Source: a bacterium (GTDB taxonomy: Bacteria; Electryoneota; Electryoneia; Electryoneales; Electryoneaceae). Taken from it: a stretch of 64,000 nt of DNA. Of the stretch, positions 49,001 through 57,053 are shown in pieces. Position 1 is the first letter of the stretch. Each line of letters begins with the position of its first letter. The DNA is taken from positions 2,144,001-2,208,000 of the forward strand of contig CAXXKJ010000002.1 in the NCBI GenBank assembly GCA_963675295.2, read 5' to 3'. The position numbers and the translations under genes are program-made. The notes beneath the pieces are model-generated. The model made no database searches. It saw only the letters and a list, made by a program, of their open reading frames with translations, and was not told where the DNA came from.

Positions 49001-49089
49001 AACAACAAAGTCTTTGTGAGGAAATGGATATTCAGATTGGCGACATGAGAAGAATCCAAGAGACTAGTCATACTAGAAAAGATAAATGA
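46003..49089 (+). CDS. Calcineurin-like metallophosphoesterase fused to STAND/NACHT-like NTPase and helical C-terminus
   Basis: HLSDLH, SGDL, PGNHD, MHHP, GHEH; Walker A GESQSGKTT, Walker B LLIDNYD; AT-rich; ATG 46003 with GGAG RBS. Confidence 0.85.
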   Translation: MIKILHLSDLHVTDYSEIDIRNFDYVFEACKNELLDAEEVLIILSGDLVFSGNSQQYETLKKYVIHLVERINGYCKIQTKVFSVPGNHDCNYEHPQSDPREVLLNSYNPEEKKVLTKSTIEFCNQVLDNFYNFNNEIDTDKPIIINDIVNVSSIKLKNGNKINIIKFNSAWGCLKDSKPASLPLPSEYYDIDPAFIDKSSFNIAVMHHPIEWLYREDARKLRSWFRGNIDILFTGHEHITDSYLLGVDEKETMKVVEAGILRQKENNWSNSTFNIITINYNDNSIIYNEYVRSGGGKYRRKKINNWQLGDKVPSFASSRLTILDPKWKDKLFTTNMELVRAAEGKDNYLVEEIFVYPMLSATLTSVTKNDKSGHVKSQKLVDNCSIKSYQAIIVGESQSGKTTLLKKYYIDLLAKGLRPIMLNAEDLISNSPSIQDIIKNSCIKQYNDVQEQDMGDLDYQEVVLLIDNYDDIHDNPKWQELYEQIKSYEMPIIMTVQEEFQFNNIVSATSGDIDPLKEYEWFKIEYYGHMLREKIVKKWLILQSGGAIKYEAKEVGKKMRVLRELIGRNYIPSYPIFIYTILSAGDFSPGADIQKSAYVHYYNHLVVRAMVNAGIKPEDLDGVMKYLSEMAYKIFKDGQSMTRKDFGQFQINYIDEYDISASIIEDIEALLHALVKSRIISRIDDEISFNYKYAFYYFVAKYIAEDMPNSKQEIVSLINDLDSDISASILMFVTHHSKDPFILQSIETEIQDIFNGTSEICFEEDVKIISDLVSEIPQQVYYDDDTDQIRYKHMRNQDKLEEEELGGELQEISEKQVYDVVLQLRRAFRAIGIAGQVLKNYSGSMKADKRIELGKITYSLCMRAIKRVYELFESEREILLGLIINELKRQYDVEEYKIKEMASQLVFYIYSRIAYAYIKRLSMAIAHEKLDKTIDQIEKLFQNTAGRLVDIAVRLEYQKGSAVEKVKQASEKLKDNNLATFLLRRFVIDYLYMFGIPVREQQSLCEEMDIQIGDMRRIQETSHTRKDK

Positions 49090-49395
49090 AGAATCGGATT
49101 TAATAATGATGATATGTAACTAATATAAATACGGAACAAATATCAAATAACTTGTAGAGCAACTCTGTTAAATAATCGATGGCGTAATCGCTGGTTTAGT
49201 GGTGACACTCACGTTGTAACAACTCACACAGCATTTGGCACAGATTTGAGCCTCGCCTTCCTTCCCTCGTCCAACCTCTGTCATGAAACGAGTACGTTTC
49301 GTATCATACCATCCGACTTAGGGCAGCCAAACAAACGCAATCAGCAGAACACGCCCAACCGAACACCAACACACAACCCACGGAGCGACGCACCG

Positions 49396-49773
49396 ATGCT
49401 TTCGACGGAAACAGTCACTGAGTTGTTCAGCACGATTGACGAAATGGACGGGGAGAAGTTCGCCGAGTACCTCACGGACGACGGCGTGTTTGTCTGGGGG
49501 CAGCAGATGATGGTGGTCGGGCGTGAGCAGATTATCGCCGGCGTGAACGCGTTCTACAAGACGATCAAGAGCCTGCACCACAGCAAGCTGGTCTCGTGGG
49601 ACGGCGGCGACGGCGAGACGATGTTCGTACACGGCCAGGTGGATTACGTGTTGCCGAATGACGAGAAGGTCGGCATGCAGTTCCTCAACAAATTCGTGCT
49701 CCGCGACGGCAAGATCGCGCACTACCACGTCTTCATCGACCCGACCCCGATGTTCGAGCTGATGAGCAAGTGA
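49396..49773 (+). CDS. SnoaL/NTF2-like protein
   Basis: F...D..D......LTDD..F...VGREQI...DGKIAHYHVFID. Confidence 0.8.
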   Translation: MLSTETVTELFSTIDEMDGEKFAEYLTDDGVFVWGQQMMVVGREQIIAGVNAFYKTIKSLHHSKLVSWDGGDGETMFVHGQVDYVLPNDEKVGMQFLNKFVLRDGKIAHYHVFIDPTPMFELMSK

Positions 49774-49785
49774 GGGATGGGCTAC

Positions 49786-50064
49786 GGCCTGCGGTCGGCG
49801 GCCTGCGGTCGACTGGCTATGGGCTGAAGGCTATAGGCTGTAGGCGATTGGCGATTGGAACTACCCCCAGAGCCCAGAGCCCAGAGCCCAGAGCGCGACG
49901 TGCCCGTGTCAGCTTGCTGACGCGGACGATCCGAAGCCGCACAGAAACGCCGTCACGCTTCATGTACCACGGACCTCAGTTCGTGGGTTTCTTTTTCAGT
50001 TGCGTCCCTTGCGTCTGTTGCGTCTTTTGCGTCTTTTGCATCCCTTGCCTTACCCACAGCCCAC
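49786..50064. repeat. Intergenic repeat cluster (heptamers, CCAGAGC tract, REP at 49967-49986, reverse 9-mers)
   Basis: Visible periodic tracts between convergent genes. Confidence 0.7.
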
Positions 50065-50074
50065 CGGCAACCAG

Positions 50075-52486
50075 TTACTCATTCCTCAGCGTCTTCACAG
50101 GATTGACATTCGCGGTGCGGTACGATTGCAGCGCAACCATCACAGCGGCGACGCTCAACAGTGCGCCGAGCACGAGCAGGAACGGCCACGGCGTCAGGTC
50201 GATGTGGTAGGCGTAGCTGTCGAGCCATTGGCGCAGGGCGAACCAGGCGACGGGCCACGCGATCAGGTTACCGATCACGATCAGCCGGGCAAAATCGGCG
50301 AGGATCATCCGGATGATCTGTTTCGTGGACGCCCCCAGCACTTTCCGAATCCCGATTTCCTTGACCCGTTTCGCGACGGTCAGCGACACCACTCCGAGCA
50401 GGCCGGACCCGGCGATGATCATCGCGATCCAGGTGGCGAGGGTGACCGTTGTCCGGGTGGATTGGTCGGCGGCGTAGGTAGCTTCGATGATTTCGTCGAC
50501 GAACACGGTCGAGAACGGTGCCCCGCCGGAGAGGTTTTCCCATGATGCTTCCATCGCGCGCAGACTTTCCTCGACACGTCCCGGCGTCAGTTTCGCGAAC
50601 ACGTACCCGTAAAAGTGCCGATAGCCGATGGATTCGTCCACACCGGCGAGGATCGGTTCGTCGTTCATGAACAGCACCAGCGGTTCGATCGGGGTGTGGA
50701 TCGAGTGGAACGGCGAGTCCTTGATCACGCCGATGATGCGGTGCGGCCCAAAGCTGCCGGGGATCTGGCCGCCGACGGGGTGCTCGAGGCCGTACGCGCG
50801 CACGAACGCTTCGTTCACCAGGATGCCTTCCCGCCGGTCAGCGGGTGAAGTCGGGTCAAAGTTTCGTCCGTCGACAATCTCATAGTCGAACACGTCCACG
50901 AAGGATTCGTCCACCCGGTTGCCCCAGAAGGAGCGCGTGGACCCGTCCGGCAGCGTGTGACGGAACCACGGCCAGCGCCAGCCGAACGAGTTGGACGAAA
51001 CGGCCGCACTTTGCACGCCGGGCAGCGTGGCGAACTCTCGCGCGCACCGTTCGGCGAACTGGTCGATCTGATCAACCGCCATCTCCGGGATGAAGACAGA
51101 CGCGACGGCGTCCTTCTCAATCCCGGCGTGTTGCGCGAGGGTGAAGGTCAGTTGCCGCTGAATCACGAGGCTGGCGATCAACAGGCCGGCGACCAGCGTC
51201 GCCTGCATCACGGACAGGCCACGCATCGCCCGTCCCACCGACCCCATCCCGGTGTCGCGGCGCAGGATACGCGCCGGTGTCGGCCGGGTCAGCACAATCG
51301 CCGGGTAGATTCCTGCCGCGAGGCCGATCATCAGCACCAGCGCGAGCAGCAGCAGGATCAGCGGAAGGTCAGGCTGCAACGCCAGTTCCCGCCCGACCAG
51401 CTCGTTGAACCACGGCAGCGCCAGCTCGACCGTTGCCAACGCGATCGGCACGCAGATCGTGGTCAACAGCACCGACTCTTGCAATGCCGCTGCCCGCAGC
51501 TGCGCCGTCGAGGCCCCGATGGCCTTACGCACACCAACCTCATGAATCCGCCGCAACGCTCGCCCCAATGTTAAAGAGGTCGCGTTCACCGCTGCCATCG
51601 CGACAATCAGCGCCGCCACCAGCAGGAAGGCCAAGCTGTAGAATGGGGAAGAGGAGGGGATCAGTGAATCCGGCCACGACTCCGCGAAGTGCAGGTCGGT
51701 GAGTGGGACGAGGTCATAGGTGACCGTGTCCGCGCCGAACCGTTCCGCGAACCCGAGCTGCTGATACAACGCCGGTAGTTGCGCCGTGACGTCCGCTCGC
51801 GTCACTCCGGGTTCGAGCAGCAGGTACGTTTCCGGATAGACCAGCGTCCAGTCGTCCTCGAACGATCGCGGGATAATCTCAAACAGCTCATCCATCCCGG
51901 CGATCACGGTGAATTCGAGGCTTGAGTTCACCGGTGGATCGGCGACCACCGCTCCGACCTGGTACTCACGGAATTCGTTCCCGATTTGCAGTTCGACGGT
52001 TTGACCAACCGCCGCGTCCGTGTTGAACAATTTGCGCGAGTAACTCTCGGTCAGCACCAGCGTTGCCGGACGCGAGATCGCCGCGCGCGGGTCGCCATGC
52101 AGCGCGTCAAAGCTGAAGATGTCGAACCATTGCGGGTCAACGTAGAACAGGAGTTCGAGCGACGTGACCTCGCGGTGCCGCATAGCCACGTTGCGGTAGG
52201 CCCGGCGCGCGTACATCTCGACGCCGCTGACGTTGTCTGCCAGTGCTGGCCCGGCCGGGAAGCCGGTTGAGACGGTTCCGGACGGCGTTTCCGGATGGGA
52301 ACGATCAAGCTGGTTGACCTGAACAATGCGGTCAGCGTTCTCATGGTATCGGTCCCAGGTCCATTCCTGCGCAACGAAGAGATACGCGTAGATGCAGGCG
52401 GTTAACGCGAGACTCAGCCCGACGATGTTGATCAGCGAATGGACGCCGCCGTTACGGATCGAACGCAGCAGTATGGACAGACGCAT
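50075..52486 (-). CDS. ABC transporter permease (duplicated MacB/FtsX type)
   Basis: SLINIVGLSL, EVGVRKAIGA, KEIGIRKVLGAS, NPVKTLRNE. Confidence 0.9.
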   Translation of the reverse strand: MRLSILLRSIRNGGVHSLINIVGLSLALTACIYAYLFVAQEWTWDRYHENADRIVQVNQLDRSHPETPSGTVSTGFPAGPALADNVSGVEMYARRAYRNVAMRHREVTSLELLFYVDPQWFDIFSFDALHGDPRAAISRPATLVLTESYSRKLFNTDAAVGQTVELQIGNEFREYQVGAVVADPPVNSSLEFTVIAGMDELFEIIPRSFEDDWTLVYPETYLLLEPGVTRADVTAQLPALYQQLGFAERFGADTVTYDLVPLTDLHFAESWPDSLIPSSSPFYSLAFLLVAALIVAMAAVNATSLTLGRALRRIHEVGVRKAIGASTAQLRAAALQESVLLTTICVPIALATVELALPWFNELVGRELALQPDLPLILLLLALVLMIGLAAGIYPAIVLTRPTPARILRRDTGMGSVGRAMRGLSVMQATLVAGLLIASLVIQRQLTFTLAQHAGIEKDAVASVFIPEMAVDQIDQFAERCAREFATLPGVQSAAVSSNSFGWRWPWFRHTLPDGSTRSFWGNRVDESFVDVFDYEIVDGRNFDPTSPADRREGILVNEAFVRAYGLEHPVGGQIPGSFGPHRIIGVIKDSPFHSIHTPIEPLVLFMNDEPILAGVDESIGYRHFYGYVFAKLTPGRVEESLRAMEASWENLSGGAPFSTVFVDEIIEATYAADQSTRTTVTLATWIAMIIAGSGLLGVVSLTVAKRVKEIGIRKVLGASTKQIIRMILADFARLIVIGNLIAWPVAWFALRQWLDSYAYHIDLTPWPFLLVLGALLSVAAVMVALQSYRTANVNPVKTLRNE

Positions 52487-52746
52487 GAGACTCCCCCGGA
52501 GACCTGGGCTGTTCACGTGGACAACCCGCCGTTGCTAAGTATACACCCTTTGCAATCGGAGGGCCAATTGCGCGGCGTTGCGGCGACACGGCCAGGCTTG
52601 AGTTCAGCGAATCCGGTTAGGTGGATCGTGCACGCGAATGGGCATCAAGTGTTCGTAAATGAACATGTACCTCTGTAAATTGGACGCCGCTGGTTGTAGA
52701 TTTCGGCCAGGGTGCGGGGCCCGGGGAAACAAAGCGTGAGAGTGCG

Positions 52747-53277
52747 GTGGGCAGGTTGCTGCGTGGATTGATGTTGCTGGCGATGCTGGCGAACGGGTTG
52801 TGGTTTTTGCGGAACGTTTTCTGGATCGGCGATCCGGCAACCGCGATTGCGAACAACCCGGACATCCCGGAATTTGCCGCGCCGGGACTGGTGATCGGCA
52901 AGATGGTGGTGTTGCTGATGGTCGGGCTCGACTACATCCTCGCATTCGTCAACATCCTCATGAAACGCTACGAATTCGCCAAGTTCGCGATGTTCGGCAC
53001 CACGTTACTGATCGTCACCTTCTTCATCGAAGCGATGCTCTGGTCGAGCCGCTACTCGGAGATCTGGGAGCCGTTCGCGTGGTGGACGACCATCGGTCTG
53101 CTGCATGTCGGCACCGCCATCTGGTATCTCCGCAACGGGGAGAAGCTGGAAGAGAAGGCGACGTACGCCCGGCTGATGCAGGAGCGTCTGCGGGAAGAAG
53201 AACAGGTGCCGATGGTGACCATGCCCGGTGCGACAAACGGGCAGACCGCTGACGATCATCCGGACACGGAGAGGTAG
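52747..53277 (+). CDS. Hypothetical membrane protein
   Basis: About four hydrophobic segments. Confidence 0.65.
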   Translation: MGRLLRGLMLLAMLANGLWFLRNVFWIGDPATAIANNPDIPEFAAPGLVIGKMVVLLMVGLDYILAFVNILMKRYEFAKFAMFGTTLLIVTFFIEAMLWSSRYSEIWEPFAWWTTIGLLHVGTAIWYLRNGEKLEEKATYARLMQERLREEEQVPMVTMPGATNGQTADDHPDTER

Positions 53278-53560
53278 ACAGCGTACGCGGGCGGTTGAAT
53301 CTGGCAGCCAGTACATCCACTTCGTGTGGATCTTCGCGGCGATTCTGAATGCGGTTGTCACTGTGCGGTTGGTTATCCGGAAACGCAAGCCGCTCGAATC
53401 CGAACACACCGGACGCCACTAGCGAGCGTTCAGCAGCCTTGCCCTTTCAGCCACCGGCTCGCATCTCACCGATCACTCCATGCTCCTTGCTGAGCGCCGA
53501 ACGACGAAAGCCACGACCCGAGAGACGAGCGACAAGAGACAAGAGACGAGAGACTGACCC

Positions 53561-54160
53561 ATGGCTGATCTCAACCGCTTCGAACACATCGAAGTCACCA
53601 CCCGTGAACAGTGGCGCGAGTGGCTGGCCGCCAACCACGAACGCGACGAAGCGGTCTGGCTGGTGACGTTCAAGAAGCATTGCGGCGAACGATACGTTGA
53701 CTACGGCGCGACGGTGGAGGAGGCGTTGTGCTACGGCTGGGTCGATAGCCACACCCGGCGCGTCGATGAGGACCGCACCAAGCTGCTGTTCTCACCCCGG
53801 CGTCCGGGCAGCCCGTGGTCAAAGTCGAACAAGGATCGGGTCGAACGGCTGATCGCGGCCGGCAAGATGACCCCGGCTGGTCTGACAAAAATCGAGGACG
53901 CGAAACGCGACGGGTCGTGGTCGATTTACGACGACATTGAGGCGGGGATCGAACCGGACGATTTGAAAGCAGCACTGGAGGAAGACCAAGCGGCGGAACA
54001 GCAGTGGTCACGGGTGAGGTTTTCGTCGAAGAAAAACATTCTCTGGTGGATCAAATCGGCGAAGACGGATAAAACCCGCAAAAAACGCATATCCGAAACG
54101 GTGAGTAAGGCGGCAGTCGGCAAGCTGGCTAATCATCCGGCTGGGAGGGATGTTATCTGA
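53561..54160 (+). CDS. YdeI/OmpD-associated family protein
   Basis: WREWLAANH, EEALCYGWVDS, FSPRRPGSPWSKSNK, AKTDKTRKKRI. Confidence 0.9.
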   Translation: MADLNRFEHIEVTTREQWREWLAANHERDEAVWLVTFKKHCGERYVDYGATVEEALCYGWVDSHTRRVDEDRTKLLFSPRRPGSPWSKSNKDRVERLIAAGKMTPAGLTKIEDAKRDGSWSIYDDIEAGIEPDDLKAALEEDQAAEQQWSRVRFSSKKNILWWIKSAKTDKTRKKRISETVSKAAVGKLANHPAGRDVI

Positions 54161-54178
54161 GCCCATGTCAAGCAATTA

Positions 54179-54364
54179 CTATGACTTCGCATCGGGAGCG
54201 TTGTTTGAAGAATCGCGCTTTCCACGAATTCGTCCGAGAACAACACCCAGAATTACGCCGAAAATGATACCTGCGGGGATATTATCCACTGAAACACCGA
54301 CGGCTACGCCGACAGCCAAACCAATCGCGATAAAAGCACCCTGCCGTTTGCGGTTCGGATTCAT
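54179..54364 (-). CDS. Small glycine-zipper membrane protein
   Basis: IGLAVGVAVGVSVDNIPAGIIFG, GGGAG RBS. Confidence 0.7.
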   Translation of the reverse strand: MNPNRKRQGAFIAIGLAVGVAVGVSVDNIPAGIIFGVILGVVLGRIRGKRDSSNNAPDAKS

Positions 54365-54397
54365 CCTGGCTCACTCCCTGCATGTATGTAACTGCGG

Positions 54398-54571
54398 TCA
54401 AGGTTTCGGTTTGTCCCTTTTCCGTTTGATCAACCCGAAGAACAGGGCCAATCCCGCGCCGACGGCGATCCCGGCGGCAACGTTCTCCGCCGCAATGCCA
54501 ACCGCGATCCCGGCACCGATACCGAGCAGGCTGTACGGAAAGTTCCACCCGTAGTATTTGCCATCGCCCAT
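54398..54571 (-). CDS. Small glycine-zipper membrane protein (57 aa, absent from ORF track)
   Basis: GAGGAGG RBS; MGDGKYYGWNFPYSLLGIGAGIAVGIAAENVAAGIAVGAGLALFFGLIKRKRDKPKP. Confidence 0.75.
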   Translation of the reverse strand: MGDGKYYGWNFPYSLLGIGAGIAVGIAAENVAAGIAVGAGLALFFGLIKRKRDKPKP

Positions 54572-54595
54572 GGGTTACCTCCTCAGACGGATCGC

Positions 54596-54850
54596 TTAGT
54601 CAGTCTTGTTGTCATCCGTTGACGGATCATCATCCTCACTCGTAGGACGGCTCGACTCTGCCATCCGTTTCTTGTTGATCCTGCGGCTGGTCTCCGCCGC
54701 GCCGGATCCGAAGATCAGGGCAAACAGGATTCCCAGCGCAAGGTTGTCCAGCAACAGACCGAATGCGATCCCGATAATCACACCACCGAGGCTCAAACCG
54801 GCATTCGGTTTGGCTTTGGCCGGGGTATCTTGTTTGGTTGGCTCCGTCAT
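54596..54850 (-). CDS. Small glycine-zipper membrane protein
   Basis: GGVIIGIAFGLLLDNLALGILFA, AAGGA RBS. Confidence 0.7.
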   Translation of the reverse strand: MTEPTKQDTPAKAKPNAGLSLGGVIIGIAFGLLLDNLALGILFALIFGSGAAETSRRINKKRMAESSRPTSEDDDPSTDDNKTD

Positions 54851-54864
54851 GCTGTTCCTTGCTG

Positions 54865-56124
54865 CTATTCCGGCTTGTTCACCGCGAGGAAACGGGCGAT
54901 GTCAAATTCGCCCTCCGACTTCGCGACAACCGTCGTGGTCATCAGGTCGCCAGCGATATTGACGGCAGTCCGTGTCATGTCGAGCAGACGGTCAACGCCG
55001 AGAATGATCCCGATCCCTTCAATCGGCAGACCGATCTCGGTCAGCACCATCGACAGCATGATCAGGCCGACTCCGGGCACACCGGCGGTGCCGATCGACG
55101 CGAGCGTCGCCATCATCACCACGGTCAGGAAGTTTCCGAGTGTGAGATCGATGCCGTACACATTGGCGATGAACACCGTCGCGACGCCCTGCATGATCGC
55201 GGTGCCGTCCATATTGATCGTCGCACCGAGCGGCAGCGTGAACGAGTAGATCGATTCCTTCGCGCCGAGACGGCTTCCGGCGACGTTCATCGTCACCGGC
55301 AGAGTCGCGTTGGAGGATGAGGTCGAAAATGCCACCAGCATCGCCGGCCAGATGTTGGCGTAGAAGCGCCACGGGTTCAATTTCGTGAAGATGAACAGAT
55401 ACAGCGGGTAAATGATCAGGCCGTGCAACGCCAGAGCACCGACGACACAGAACATGTACTTCAGCAGCGGGACAAACACCGCGAACCCTTCACCCGCAAC
55501 CACTTTCGCGATCAGGCCGAACACACCAATCGGCGCGTACCACATGATCAGCACCACCATCGCCTGAATCACCTGATCGAGGGATTCGAGGCCACGCATC
55601 AACGGGTCCGCTTTCTTCCCGATCTTCGCAATCGCAAGCCCGGCGAGGATCGCGAAGAAGATGATCTGCAGCATGTTCCCGTCCGCCATCGAGGCGACGG
55701 GATTCGTCGGCACGATATCAACGATGATGTCCATCACGAACGGCGATTCGCCGCCTTGGAAGTCGCCGTCCACCGGAATGTCGAGGTTCGTGCCGGGATG
55801 GACCGTCGTCGCGAGGATAAAGCCGATCGAAATCGCAATAGCGGTGGTGGTGAGGTAGATCCCCATCGTCTTGCCGCCGATCCGCCCGAGCTTGCTCAGG
55901 TCGCCGATCGCGGCGGTACCGAGGGTTAACGAGACAAGCACCAGCGGCACGACCATCAGCCGGATCGCGTTGAGGAAGATCTTCCCGAGCGGGTTGTGCA
56001 CCCACTTGATGATCGCTTCGTTGACATCGGCGGGGAGGGTCAGGTACTGGATCAGGCCGACAACAATTCCTGCGCCCAGCCCGATCAGGATCCAACGTGT
56101 CAGTTTTCCGGCGGCGAGTTTCAC
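54865..56124 (-). CDS. Dicarboxylate/amino acid:cation symporter (GltP/SDF family)
   Basis: AFSTSSSNATLP, GATINMDGT, SIGTAGVPG, DRLLDMTRT; GTG start at 56124 overlaps the upstream stop. Confidence 0.92.
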   Translation of the reverse strand: MKLAAGKLTRWILIGLGAGIVVGLIQYLTLPADVNEAIIKWVHNPLGKIFLNAIRLMVVPLVLVSLTLGTAAIGDLSKLGRIGGKTMGIYLTTTAIAISIGFILATTVHPGTNLDIPVDGDFQGGESPFVMDIIVDIVPTNPVASMADGNMLQIIFFAILAGLAIAKIGKKADPLMRGLESLDQVIQAMVVLIMWYAPIGVFGLIAKVVAGEGFAVFVPLLKYMFCVVGALALHGLIIYPLYLFIFTKLNPWRFYANIWPAMLVAFSTSSSNATLPVTMNVAGSRLGAKESIYSFTLPLGATINMDGTAIMQGVATVFIANVYGIDLTLGNFLTVVMMATLASIGTAGVPGVGLIMLSMVLTEIGLPIEGIGIILGVDRLLDMTRTAVNIAGDLMTTTVVAKSEGEFDIARFLAVNKPE

Positions 56125-56528
56125 GAGCTCCTCTTCTGCAACGATCCGACGATCAACAAGATCCACGCGGCGAGAAACGCGATCCCGCCGAACGGTGTAA
56201 TCATCCCCAGCCACGAAATATCAGTCACAGCATAGATGTACAGACTACCCGAAAACAGGACGATCCCTTCCACAAACAGCCATCCCGCCCAACGCAGGGC
56301 ACTGTTCGATTTCCAGAAGAACAGCAGCGCCAGCGCGAGCAACGCGACAGTATGAACCATCTGGTACTTGACCGCGGTTTCCCAGATCTTCAGTTGATCA
56401 GCGGAGATCGCGTTTTCCAACAGGTGCGCGCCGAACGCTCCCAGCGCGACCATAAGGAAGCCGCTGATACCGGCGAGGGTGATGAACGTTCGTGCGGATG
56501 CGGGCAGCGGCATGGACGGTGCGTTCAT
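56121..56528 (-). CDS. DUF423 (YgdD/TMEM256) membrane protein
   Basis: GAFGAH, ETAVKYQMVH, FSGSLY, ITPFGG. Confidence 0.9.
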   Translation of the reverse strand: MNAPSMPLPASARTFITLAGISGFLMVALGAFGAHLLENAISADQLKIWETAVKYQMVHTVALLALALLFFWKSNSALRWAGWLFVEGIVLFSGSLYIYAVTDISWLGMITPFGGIAFLAAWILLIVGSLQKRSS

Positions 56529-56719
56529 GTGTGCGGGCTCCTTTGCAGGGGACGTTGCTGTGTCAGCTGGCTGTTTGTACGTGATGGTGGACCTGATTGT
56601 GTATAGCGACTGTAATGGGTCGCTTGAAGATACACACAGGCGTTGCCGGTGCAAGGGCAGGGGATGAGATCTGGCGAAAGTACGGATCGATTCTTTGCAG
56701 TATCTGCTTCAGTTGTTTT

Positions 56720-57053
56720 GCCCTCGGGCTTAGTCAGCGGACCACCTGCGGTAGCCGACGAACAAGACCGTCGGTTAATCACGGCCACCAGGACATGCCC
56801 TCGGGCTTCAGCCCGGGATCATCTGTCAGTCAAGCATCTACAGAATCCACGTCCTCGGACCTCAGTCCGGGGCATACCGTTCTTGCCCATGAAATGCTGA
56901 TGCCCGCGGGAGCTTCTGTTTGCTACCGCGGCTGATCCGGAGGTGGATAACCCTGGGGTATAAGTTTGGGACACTTTGTCCCCAAAGTGTCCCAGGTCTT
57001 GTCTATCCCCAAAGTGTCCCCGGTTCCCGCTATTACCACGGACTTAAGTCCGT
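56720..57053. repeat. REP-rich intergenic region including copy 2 of the 52-bp repeat (56898-56949)
   Basis: REP variants at 56720, 56797, 56851 and 57031; TCCCCAAAGTGTCCC twice. Confidence 0.75.
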
